From Candidatus Termititenax persephonae (GTDB taxonomy: Bacteria > Margulisbacteria > Termititenacia > Termititenacales > Termititenacaceae), in contig BGZO01000005.1 of NCBI GenBank assembly GCA_003864475.1, positions 1 to 52,763 of the forward strand: a DNA stretch of 52,763 nucleotides, read 5' to 3'. The notes beneath the pieces were generated by a model. The model was given only the letters and a program-made list of their open reading frames with translations. It had not been told where the DNA came from and did no database searches. The translations under genes and the position numbers were made by a program. Each line of letters opens with the position of its first letter. Positions within the stretch are counted from its first letter, which is position 1. Positions 1-8,608 of this stretch are shown one piece after another.

Positions 1-2672
1 TCTATCCGTTTGTCGGTTGTAGGCACGCCGGGCTGGTCTTGGTCATGGTGATAAGCGAGGACGGTTTTCCAGTCGCCGCGATTGCCTGCCCTGTCCAAAG
101 CGGCCACTCGCAGAAAATAAACAGCGCTTACTGTCGGAGCAATATGGTAAGTGCGGTCTTGCTCTCTATTACCGGAGCAGAAAGAGGCCGTGTCCAGCGT
201 CTCGCCGCTGGGAGAAGTCCCCCAATAGAGATAATATCCCGCCACCTCTGAGCCGCCCGTGTCCGGCGCTTCATCCCAAGTAAAACTGGCGGTCGGAACG
301 TTCGTCCAATTGACGGTTATGGTGGAGCTGGATTGCCCGGGCTTGTCGCCGTCATAGCGATAAAGGGCGACTTGCTGATAATTGCTGCTGTTGCCCAGAC
401 TGTCTTCAGGGGCGACCCGCAAAAAATATTCGCCATTTTCATTTAAGGTAGGCGGGGTAAAACTGGCAGGTGTTTGATAGTTGGTGGTTACGCCATCTGC
501 GTCATTGCCCCAATACACATAATATTTGGCAGTGCCGGCATACCCGATGTCCTGCGCCTCAGCCCAAGATATGGCATCGGGATTTTTCTGGTTGGTCCAG
601 GCCAGCGTGCCGTAATTGGTGGAAACCGGGGGCGGCGGATTGTCATCATATTCCACGGCTCCACATTCGTAGCCTGTTTTTTGGAGATTGCGCGTTGCCC
701 CGTAATAATCTATAGGCAAGCCATAATCGGCCAGACCAGAATTAAGCACGGGAGATTCGCCGCTGGGCGCGTACTGAGAGTCGAGTTGCGGGTCGTCGGA
801 GAAGATATTTGTGCCGGACAAATTGTGCCGGGAAAAAGTATGCGCGCCGATAACATTAGCGACAAATCCGCTGTTGGCATTTTCGTCCCAGAGAATGCTG
901 TTGTAGAAAGCCGATTGCCCGACCGTATCTTGATGGAGGGTGCGGGTGTTGTCCAAAAAAGTTGAATGTTTGACCGTGAATTCCGCCAATTGCGCGTGGA
1001 GAGCGCTGTTTTCAATGGAACTGCCTTTATTTTGGGCAAAAATAGTGTTCTCTATTTCACCGCGGCCGCTTTCCAAATAGATTGCCGCGCCATGACTCCG
1101 GGAAGTATTGTTTTTAAAGCTGGAGCGTTTGATACTGAGGTCGCCCAGAAGATAAAGCGCCCCGCCCAAACCATTGGCCCCGGCGGTATGCGCGCGGGCT
1201 TGATTATTTACAAAATGGGATTTTTCTATTTCCGTGGCCCGGATGTTGTTCTTAAAAATAGCCCCGCCGCTGGAACGTTCCAAGCTGCTGTTTTTATTGT
1301 TGCCTTGGGTGTAATTGCCAGTGAAAAGCGAGTTTGCAATGGTCAACTTGCCGCTGTTTTCGTGCAGATAAATAGCCCCGCCGTAAGCGTGCCTGCTGTA
1401 GGTTTGATCGTCCTGGGCCTCGACGTAATTATCTTGAAATTGGGAGTCTTTAATCGTCAGCCTGCCCCGGTTTTGGTAAAGCGCCCCGCCATAACATTGC
1501 CAAGCGTAATCTTTGCTGGAATTTTTGCCGCGCTTATTGTAATTGCCGCGAAAAACACTGTTTTCGATAAGCGTGTCGGAGTTGCTATAAAGCGCCCCGC
1601 CCAATAAATTTACAAAATAATTGGCTTGATTGTAGTTGCGGTCAAAAACGGTATCTTGGATTAGGAGCTGTCCATTGCCGGAAAAATAAACCGCGCCGCC
1701 CGCGCCATGACCGCCGCCGCTGCTGTTATTATAGGTGCTGTTATTGCCGATAAAACTGGATTTGCTTAGGGTAAGGCTGCCGTTGCCGGAAAAATAAACC
1801 GCGCCGCCCGTACTGCTACTGCCGCTGCTTTGGCTGCTGTTATTGGTGAAACTGGAATTGCTGATAGAGAGGTCTCCATTGCCGGAAAAATAAACCGCGC
1901 CGCCCGCGAAAACCCGGGCATTGTTGGTAAAAACCGTGTCGGCAATGTCCAGATTGCCGTTGCCGCGGTGTTCTACGGCTCCGTTGGCATAGTTGGCAAA
2001 GTTCGCGCTGGCAATCTTTAAAACGCCTCCGTCCAGCGCCAGGGCGTTATAGCCCCTGTCGAACGTCGTGTTATAAATGGTCAGGCTTGACCCCGCGCCG
2101 TCGCTGAGTTGAATTTCTTTGCTGGTCTTGCCTTTGTTTTTGAAAAGAGAGTTGCTGATGGACAATTCATTGTGTCCGCCGCGCAAGACAATGGCGTTGC
2201 CGGTGCTGTTGATGAATTGTGAATTGTCAATAACGCCTTTGAAATATTGAGGCTCGCTCAGGAAATCAAGCGCCGCAGACATATTGTTTAAATCAAAAAG
2301 ACAGCCGCGGATGTCTAAAACGATTTGCCCGCTCTTGTTAATCTTTAGTCCTGCGCCGTTGCCCGCCTCAAATTTTAAGTCTTTCAGATTGAGACCGATG
2401 TTTTCTTGGGTAATGAGGATAACTCCTTTGATGGAATAGCGTTTGCCGTCCACTGATTTTAAGGTCAAATTATTTTTGGCCGGCCACGGCAGTCCTGGGT
2501 CAGGCAGGATTTGATTGCTCTGCAATTCAAGAACATCATTGGCTTGGGCTGCGGTAAGCGCGGTGGGCAAATCTTTGTGAACAGTATTGTCCCGTACGAT
2601 GCGCACGTTGGCTCCCGAACAGGTCAGCAGCAGCGCCGAGAAAATAAATATTTTTGTCAACAATCGCAACAT
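1..2672 (-). CDS. Large secreted surface protein, partial (runs off left edge): Pmp-like GGA(I/L/V)...FxxN beta-helix repeats followed by FN3-like repeats
   Basis: Not in the ORF track because there is no stop in the window. Hand translation from ATG 2672 (MLRLLTKIFIFSALLLTCSGANV, signal-peptide-like) is open to base 1. Repeated GGAVYFSGN/GGALY/GGAIY and FxxN motifs, then YYVYWG...YFLRVAPEDSLGN and YYLYWG...FLRVAALDRAGN units. Confidence 0.8.
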   Translation of the reverse strand, partial: MLRLLTKIFIFSALLLTCSGANVRIVRDNTVHKDLPTALTAAQANDVLELQSNQILPDPGLPWPAKNNLTLKSVDGKRYSIKGVILITQENIGLNLKDLKFEAGNGAGLKINKSGQIVLDIRGCLFDLNNMSAALDFLSEPQYFKGVIDNSQFINSTGNAIVLRGGHNELSISNSLFKNKGKTSKEIQLSDGAGSSLTIYNTTFDRGYNALALDGGVLKIASANFANYANGAVEHRGNGNLDIADTVFTNNARVFAGGAVYFSGNGDLSISNSSFTNNSSQSSGSSSTGGAVYFSGNGSLTLSKSSFIGNNSTYNNSSGGGHGAGGAVYFSGNGQLLIQDTVFDRNYNQANYFVNLLGGALYSNSDTLIENSVFRGNYNKRGKNSSKDYAWQCYGGALYQNRGRLTIKDSQFQDNYVEAQDDQTYSRHAYGGAIYLHENSGKLTIANSLFTGNYTQGNNKNSSLERSSGGAIFKNNIRATEIEKSHFVNNQARAHTAGANGLGGALYLLGDLSIKRSSFKNNTSRSHGAAIYLESGRGEIENTIFAQNKGSSIENSALHAQLAEFTVKHSTFLDNTRTLHQDTVGQSAFYNSILWDENANSGFVANVIGAHTFSRHNLSGTNIFSDDPQLDSQYAPSGESPVLNSGLADYGLPIDYYGATRNLQKTGYECGAVEYDDNPPPPVSTNYGTLAWTNQKNPDAISWAEAQDIGYAGTAKYYVYWGNDADGVTTNYQTPASFTPPTLNENGEYFLRVAPEDSLGNSSNYQQVALYRYDGDKPGQSSSTITVNWTNVPTASFTWDEAPDTGGSEVAGYYLYWGTSPSGETLDTASFCSGNREQDRTYHIAPTVSAVYFLRVAALDRAGNRGDWKTVLAYHHDQDQPGVPTTDKRI

Positions 2673-2772
2673 GATTGCCAGACTTATACCCTGTTTTGGT
2701 TGCAAATATACTCTGCTAAAAAATCCGCAAGAAAATTAACAAGCGACAGATGGAGAGTTAGACTGATTGTTA

Positions 2773-2801
2773 TTGATTTTGCCGGACGCTTGTGCTAGTA
2801 T
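2773..2801 (+). promoter_or_regulatory. Putative sigma70 promoter for tRNA-Thr/tuf
   Basis: TTGATT-N17-TAGTAT with TG extension, ~20 nt before the tRNA. Confidence 0.5.
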
Positions 2802-2822
2802 TTGCTCCCGATTTGTGGGTGT

Positions 2823-2898
2823 GCCCACATAGCTCAGCAGGTAGAGCACATCCATGGTAAGGATGGGGTCACCAGTTCAATTCTGGTTGTGGGCTCCA
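2823..2898 (+). tRNA. tRNA-Thr(GGT)
   Basis: 76 nt cloverleaf: GCCCACA/TGTGGGC acceptor stem, CATCC-ATGGTAA-GGATG anticodon arm, GTTCAA T-loop, encoded CCA. Typical position upstream of tuf. Confidence 0.96.
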
Positions 2899-2958
2899 GA
2901 TGTATTGTGTTTAGCGGGGCGTTAGCCTAAAATAAGAAAAATTTTTGAGGAGGAAACA

Positions 2959-4200
2959 ATGGCAAGAGAAAAATTTAACAGGAGTAAGCCACACGTCAAT
3001 ATCGGTACGATTGGCCACGTTGACCATGGTAAAACAACTTTGACGGCCGCGATTACCACGGTGCTGGCGAAGAAAGGTTTATCACAGGCTCGTTCTTTTG
3101 AGCAAATCGACAATACCCCGGAGGAAAAAGCCAGAGGTATTACGATTTCGACTTCACATGTGGAGTACGAGACAGAAAAACGCCACTATGCCCACGTGGA
3201 CTGCCCGGGACATGCCGACTATGTGAAGAACATGATTACTGGCGCGGCGCAGATGGACGGGGCTATTTTGGTGGTATCCGCCGCGGACGGTCCGATGCCG
3301 CAGACCCGCGAGCATATTCTCTTGGCGCGTCAGGTCAATGTGCCGAGTATCGTAGTTTTCCTGAACAAATGCGATATGGTTGACGACCCAGAATTGCTGG
3401 AGCTGGTCGAAGAGGAAATCCGCGACCTGCTGACCTCCTATGAGTTCCCGGGCAAGGATATTCCGGTTGTCCGCGGTTCGGCTCTGAAAGCCCTGAACGG
3501 CGACGCGGCGAGCGAGGAAGCGATTATGAAGCTGATGGAGGCGGTGGACAGCTATATTCCTCTGCCGAAGCGTGATATTGACAAGCCTTTCTTGATGCCA
3601 GTTGAGGATGTGTTTACAATTACCGGGCGCGGCACTGTAGGCACAGGGCGTATCGACCGCGGCATTGTTCATGTCAATGACGAGGTGGAGATTGTCGGTA
3701 TGAAAGAAGAGCGTTCCACCACGGTTGTTACGGGCGTGGAGATGTTCCGCAAGACTTTGGACGAGGGTCAGGCCGGCGACAACGTTGGTCTCCTGCTAAG
3801 AGGCGTGGAAAAGAAAGACTTGCAGCGCGGCCAAGTGTTGGCCAAGAAAGGCACAGTCAATCCGCACACCGTTTTTGAGGCGCAGATTTACGTGCTGAAA
3901 AAAGAAGAAGGTGGCCGTACCACGCCGTTTTTTGACGGGTATCAGCCGCAGTTCTATATCCGTACCACTGACGTAACAGGTGTGATTATTTTGCGTACTG
4001 GCCTGTCTGCCGAGGAGATTAAAAAACTGGAGGACGGCACCATCGATAAGAATAAAGAAAAGATGGTTATGCCGGGCGACAATACGACCATCACGGTCAA
4101 GTTGATTGTGCCAGTGGCCATCGAGGAGCAGTTGCGTTTCGCCATCCGCGAGGGCGGCAGGACAGTCGGTTCGGGTGTAGTAACCAAGATTATCAAGTAG
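2959..4200 (+). CDS. tuf: Elongation factor Tu
   Basis: [33 protein letters not shown] and REGGRTVG motifs; SD GAGGAGG. Confidence 0.99.
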   Translation: MAREKFNRSKPHVNIGTIGHVDHGKTTLTAAITTVLAKKGLSQARSFEQIDNTPEEKARGITISTSHVEYETEKRHYAHVDCPGHADYVKNMITGAAQMDGAILVVSAADGPMPQTREHILLARQVNVPSIVVFLNKCDMVDDPELLELVEEEIRDLLTSYEFPGKDIPVVRGSALKALNGDAASEEAIMKLMEAVDSYIPLPKRDIDKPFLMPVEDVFTITGRGTVGTGRIDRGIVHVNDEVEIVGMKEERSTTVVTGVEMFRKTLDEGQAGDNVGLLLRGVEKKDLQRGQVLAKKGTVNPHTVFEAQIYVLKKEEGGRTTPFFDGYQPQFYIRTTDVTGVIILRTGLSAEEIKKLEDGTIDKNKEKMVMPGDNTTITVKLIVPVAIEEQLRFAIREGGRTVGSGVVTKIIK

Positions 4201-4265
4201 GCCTCCGCGTAGCGGACTTTTCCCCTTGATTTGGGGAGAAGAGTTAGAGAGGTAGTTTTTTATTT

Positions 4266-4324
4266 GCCCCCCTTTTTAAGGGGGGCTGTCATAATTGAGC
4301 GAAGCTAAATTATGACTGGGGGGT
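4266..4324. repeat. REP-like double-hairpin intergenic element, possibly acting as terminator after tuf
   Basis: GCCCCCCTT-TTT-AAGGGGGGC hairpin followed by a GTCATAATT...AATTATGAC hairpin around GAGCGAAGCT. Confidence 0.5.
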
Positions 4325-4327
4325 AAA

Positions 4328-5380
4328 ATGCAGACCAAGGCAAACATTCAAAGCATCGCGCCCTATCAACCGGGGGTCTGGAAAGAGGGCGCGGTCAAGC
4401 TGGCCTCCAACGAAAACCCGCTGGGTTCAGCGCCGCAGGCTCTGGCGGCTGTTCAGGCAAAACTGTCTGCGCTCAATCTGTATCCCGACGGCGGTTGCGC
4501 GCGGCTCAGAGCGGCTTTGGCGGAGCATTACGGCAAAACACCGGAATATTTCCTGCCGGGTAACGGCTCGGATGAGATTTTTCATTTTATTACGGCGGCC
4601 TTTGTGCGTCCCGGCGAGCAGGTTTTGACTTCGACGGTAACTTTTTCGGAGTATACTTTTGCCGCCCGCCTTTTTGCCGGAACGGTGGAGTATGCGCCGC
4701 TGGCGGACGGCAAGTTTCAGCTCGCGGAGATAGCCAAGAGAGTTACGCCGCAGACTAGGGTTGTTTTTCTGGCCAATCCGAACAATCCAACTGGCACATA
4801 TTTTACGGCGGCGGAGTTTGCGGATTTTTTGCGGCAGATTCCTGAAGAGGTCATGGTCGTCAGCGATGAAGCCTACGCGGAGTATGTAACCGCCGCGGAT
4901 TATCCAGACTCTTTGGGGTTGCTGGAGCGGCACAAAAACCTGCTGATTACGCGCACTTTTTCCAAAATTTATGGCTTGGCGGGCTTGCGCGTCGGCTATG
5001 TGATGGCCAATCCCGAAGTGATTGCCTATCTCAATAAAACCCGCGAGCCTTTTAATGTCAACGCCTTGGCGCAAACTGCGGCGGCGGCGGCTCTGGGCGA
5101 CCAAGAGTTTGTGCAAAAATCACGTGTCAATAATGAAGCAGGTAAAAAATATCTCTATGCGGAGTTTACCCGGCTGGGACTGAAATATTTTCCGACGGAG
5201 GCCAATTTTATCTTTGTCTATATCGGACAGGATTGCGTGGCCGCCTTTCAAAAACTGATGGACAAGGGTGTAACAGTCCGGCCCTTGAAAAGTTTTGGGA
5301 TTTCTGACGCTCTGCGCGTAACCATTGGCACGCCGGAACAAAATCAGAAATTCATCGCCGCCTTGCAGGAGATACTTTAA
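4328..5380 (+). CDS. hisC: Histidinol-phosphate aminotransferase
   Basis: KLASNENP, YPD, GNGSDE, NPNNPTG, DEAY, RTFSKIYGLAGLRVGY. Confidence 0.95.
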   Translation: MQTKANIQSIAPYQPGVWKEGAVKLASNENPLGSAPQALAAVQAKLSALNLYPDGGCARLRAALAEHYGKTPEYFLPGNGSDEIFHFITAAFVRPGEQVLTSTVTFSEYTFAARLFAGTVEYAPLADGKFQLAEIAKRVTPQTRVVFLANPNNPTGTYFTAAEFADFLRQIPEEVMVVSDEAYAEYVTAADYPDSLGLLERHKNLLITRTFSKIYGLAGLRVGYVMANPEVIAYLNKTREPFNVNALAQTAAAAALGDQEFVQKSRVNNEAGKKYLYAEFTRLGLKYFPTEANFIFVYIGQDCVAAFQKLMDKGVTVRPLKSFGISDALRVTIGTPEQNQKFIAALQEIL

Positions 5381-5382
5381 TC

Positions 5383-6435
5383 TTGAAACACACGCCGCTT
5401 TACCCTGAACATCTCAAACTGGGTGCAAAAATGGTTGAATTTGCCGGCTGGGCAATGCCCCTGCAGTACAAAAGTCTCCTTGAGGAGCATAAGGCAGTGC
5501 GCGCGCGCGCCGGGATGTTTGACGCGGGACACATGGGCGTGGTCAAGTTCCTCTCTGCCGAGAAATTATTATCTGCCCAGCGGCGGATACTGACGCGCTT
5601 TGTTGATGATTTGGCAGTTGGGCAAATCCGGTACAACCGTATCCGCAATGCGCAGGACGGTATTGTCGACGATATTTTGGTTTACCGGGATTACGAGCAT
5701 TATCTCGGTGTTTTCAATGCCGCCAATACAGACAAGGACATCCGGCATTTAGCTGAAAATTTTGGTGTGGAGTGCGAATTGCTGGGCTTGCATATCATTG
5801 CCGTGCAGGGGCCGGGCGCCGAGGAAATCGTGCAGAGACATACCGAAGAGGACTTGGGCAAGCTAAAATATTACACGTTTATCCCGCTGGAGTTTCAAGG
5901 CTTTGACGTGCTGGCCGCCAAGACTGGCTACACGGGTGAGCGTGGTTTTGAGCTGCTGACCCCTGCGGAAAACTGTGCGGCGGTTTGGCGTGTCCTGTGG
6001 CAAGACGGTGTGGTCCCCTGCGGTCTGGGCGCGCGCGACACCCTGCGTATCGAGGCGGGCATGCCGCTCTATGGGCAGGAATTGCGTGAAACCTGGACTT
6101 CTGACCAGTCGGACGGCATCGTCGGCCTGAAAATACTGGACAAATTTGGCGTGCCACGGCAGGGCTATCAGGTCTATGACGACAGGGAAAGATTGATTGG
6201 CGAGATTACCTCCGGGACATTCTCCCCGACCTTGAATGAGCCTGTCGCCATGGCCTATCTGGAAAAACAAGACCCGGTGGTTTTCGTGAAGATTCGCGAT
6301 AAAATGGCGCGGGCGCAGATTGTCAGCCTGCCGTTTTACAGCAAGGTGCGCAAGACCGGACAGGCGGCGGAGACTCGTGAAGCGTCTGTCCCTGAACGAG
6401 GGCAAGACGGGCCTTGCGCCTGCGGACATGACTAG
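5383..6435 (+). CDS. gcvT: Glycine cleavage system aminomethyltransferase T (shortened)
   Basis: TPLY...GAKMVEFAGWAMPLQY, FDAGHMG, AVQGP, TGYTGERGFE, GLGARDTLRIEAGMPLYG, TSGTFSPTL. Confidence 0.92.
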   Translation: MKHTPLYPEHLKLGAKMVEFAGWAMPLQYKSLLEEHKAVRARAGMFDAGHMGVVKFLSAEKLLSAQRRILTRFVDDLAVGQIRYNRIRNAQDGIVDDILVYRDYEHYLGVFNAANTDKDIRHLAENFGVECELLGLHIIAVQGPGAEEIVQRHTEEDLGKLKYYTFIPLEFQGFDVLAAKTGYTGERGFELLTPAENCAAVWRVLWQDGVVPCGLGARDTLRIEAGMPLYGQELRETWTSDQSDGIVGLKILDKFGVPRQGYQVYDDRERLIGEITSGTFSPTLNEPVAMAYLEKQDPVVFVKIRDKMARAQIVSLPFYSKVRKTGQAAETREASVPERGQDGPCACGHD

Positions 6436-6484
6436 CGGAGATTATCGCAGGTATATTTTCTTTATTTCTGGGTAATATTTTCTT

Positions 6485-8608
6485 ATGAAAAAGTTTTGGT
6501 TGATTTTTGGCCTCGGTGCCTTGCTGTCTCTCGGCTACTCTTGGCCGTCCGCTCAGCAGAAACCGGAGCCTGTCCAGACGGACGGCTTGTCTGCTACGGC
6601 GTATTCCGCGCCGTTGCCGTCGTATCACACGCTGATTGTGGTGGAGTCTTTGTTTACGGAGCTTGACACGGGGACAGACAGTCCCGTCTCGGAATCGGCG
6701 TTGGTCATTTCGGCGGCGGCCGTCTCTGAGTCAGCGGCAATTGTTTCCGAGTCAGTGTCAGCCTCGCAGTCCATAGCCGCGCTGGAGCCGTTAAAGCCTG
6801 CGCTGTCTGCCGCCGCGACAGAATCTGTGGCCGTGCAGTCGCTGGAGCCTACCGAGGCCTTTGTCTTTGTAAGAAAAGCTGCCTTGGCGGAGACACTGCC
6901 GCAAACGCCAGAGATTGTTCCGTCCACGGTCTCGCGGGAATTTGGCACATTGAATGTCCGTGATGCCTCCGGTGTGGAGTATCAGCCGACTGTCTATCAA
7001 GAGATAGGCACGGATGTTTCTAGGGCGGGTAGTTTTGCCAATAACGTCAAAGTATCATCCTATTTTATCCCGGCGGACAAAAAAATCACGCTGTCTTACA
7101 GCGGGCTGGTCAGCAGTACCGTGCGTGAGCTGGTCATGGACACCAGCCATACTTATCAGGTTGAGCTGGGTCGAATAGAGGTGGAGAGAAGTTATTTGGT
7201 AACAAAAAGTGTTGTCACACTGGAGAGCGTGATGGTAACCGTGGCGGCCACGGTGAAGGAAAAAAAGGAAGATATTTTTGCCGCTCTTGAAGATGATTTA
7301 GAAAATATTGTGGCAGCCATGGCCACCGCCAGTGTTCCTATCGTCCCGGAGGTTGTGGCCGAGAAAAAAATAGAGGAGACTGCCTCCGATAATGCAGACG
7401 CTTTGGCCGCAGTGGAAAATATCGCCGAGACTGCCGCCACCGCCAGCGTTCCGGCTGCTCCCGAGGCTGTGGCCGAGAAGAATGGCTTTAATCCAATTCT
7501 TTTGCCGGATGTCCCTGTCGCTCCCGATACTGTGGCCGAGAAAAAAGCGGAAGAGACAGTATCCGATAATGCAGACGCTCTTGCCGCAGTGGAAAATATC
7601 ACCGAGACTGCCGCCACCGCCAGTGTTCCTATTGCCGCCGAGGTTGTCGCCGAGAAAAAAGTGGAAGAGAAAGTGTCCGATAATGAAGACGCTCTTGCCG
7701 CAGTAGAAAATATCACCGAGACTGCCGCCACCGCCAGCGTTCCGGCTGCTCCCGAGGCTGTGGCCGAGAAGAATGGCTTTAATCCAATTCTTTTGCCGGA
7801 TGTCCCTGTCGCTCCCGATACTATGGCCGAGAAAAAAGCGGAAGAGACAGTGTCCGATAATGCAGACGCTCTTGCCGCAGTGGAAAATATCACCGAGACT
7901 GCCGCCCTTGCCAGTGTCCCTATCGTCCCGGAGGCCGTGGCTGAAAAAAAGGCGGAGGAGTCCGTATCCGACAATGAGGAAGATACTTTTGCCGCCGTTG
8001 AGGATATTGTAGAGGTTGAGGCTGTGGCCTTCGAGCAAATCTTGGTGGAGACTGTAACCATAGTTACGGAGACTTATACGGCTCTTGAACCAGTCGAAGA
8101 TGTGCTGATCACGGACGGCAGTTTATGGGGCAGGGAGAACGAATTGCCCGTAACGGAAACTTCTTACTACACGCTGATAATTGCCGAGGCCGTCTATGAC
8201 GACACGCCGCTGCAGGGCTTGTATTCCTTTGGGCATTTGTTGGTCGAGGACGTGGACACGGACGAGCCATACAAAACTTTTAAGCTGTCCAACCGAACAG
8301 ATACGAGCAGGATTGGCGGTTTCTATAGAAATGTGCGCCAGTACCAATACTTGATTCCCGTCGGCGACCGCACTTTGAGATTTAAATATATCGCTGGCCG
8401 CCGCCGCAATAATTTGCCAAAAATCGACTGCGATGAGCTGTATCCCAATCCATTGCTAAACTATGTGCTGGACGGCACGCTCGGTACTTTTGATGTAACC
8501 AAGCTGGTAATGGATAACAATTATAATATCCATATCCGCACCGGCTGGGGTAGCGTCGAGGTGCTTAATAAAAAATCTGAATCTGCTTTGTCCGCGCAGG
8601 CACGCTGA
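6485..8608 (+). CDS. Secreted hypothetical protein with long acidic Ala/Glu/Val-rich repeat linker
   Basis: Signal peptide MKKFWLIFGLGALLSLGYS; internal repeats; no recognised family. Confidence 0.75.
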   Translation: MKKFWLIFGLGALLSLGYSWPSAQQKPEPVQTDGLSATAYSAPLPSYHTLIVVESLFTELDTGTDSPVSESALVISAAAVSESAAIVSESVSASQSIAALEPLKPALSAAATESVAVQSLEPTEAFVFVRKAALAETLPQTPEIVPSTVSREFGTLNVRDASGVEYQPTVYQEIGTDVSRAGSFANNVKVSSYFIPADKKITLSYSGLVSSTVRELVMDTSHTYQVELGRIEVERSYLVTKSVVTLESVMVTVAATVKEKKEDIFAALEDDLENIVAAMATASVPIVPEVVAEKKIEETASDNADALAAVENIAETAATASVPAAPEAVAEKNGFNPILLPDVPVAPDTVAEKKAEETVSDNADALAAVENITETAATASVPIAAEVVAEKKVEEKVSDNEDALAAVENITETAATASVPAAPEAVAEKNGFNPILLPDVPVAPDTMAEKKAEETVSDNADALAAVENITETAALASVPIVPEAVAEKKAEESVSDNEEDTFAAVEDIVEVEAVAFEQILVETVTIVTETYTALEPVEDVLITDGSLWGRENELPVTETSYYTLIIAEAVYDDTPLQGLYSFGHLLVEDVDTDEPYKTFKLSNRTDTSRIGGFYRNVRQYQYLIPVGDRTLRFKYIAGRRRNNLPKIDCDELYPNPLLNYVLDGTLGTFDVTKLVMDNNYNIHIRTGWGSVEVLNKKSESALSAQAR
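7320..7990 (+). repeat. Intragenic tandem repeats (sub-units of ~38 and ~59 aa; higher-order period 291 bp)
   Basis: SDNADALAAVENITETAATASVP recurs. GAATGGCTTTAATCCAATTC occurs at 7480 and 7771. Confidence 0.9.

Noticed and set aside
39-2798. Plus-strand ORFs over 39-2798 and minus-strand ORFs over 51674-52693
   Set aside because: Antisense shadows of the edge-truncated real genes. The same applies to most short ORFs overlapping the called CDSs.
7320-7990. CRISPR-like array
   Set aside because: Repeats are in-frame coding units without unique spacers, and no cas genes are present. The same holds for 13700-16300 and 52491-52763.
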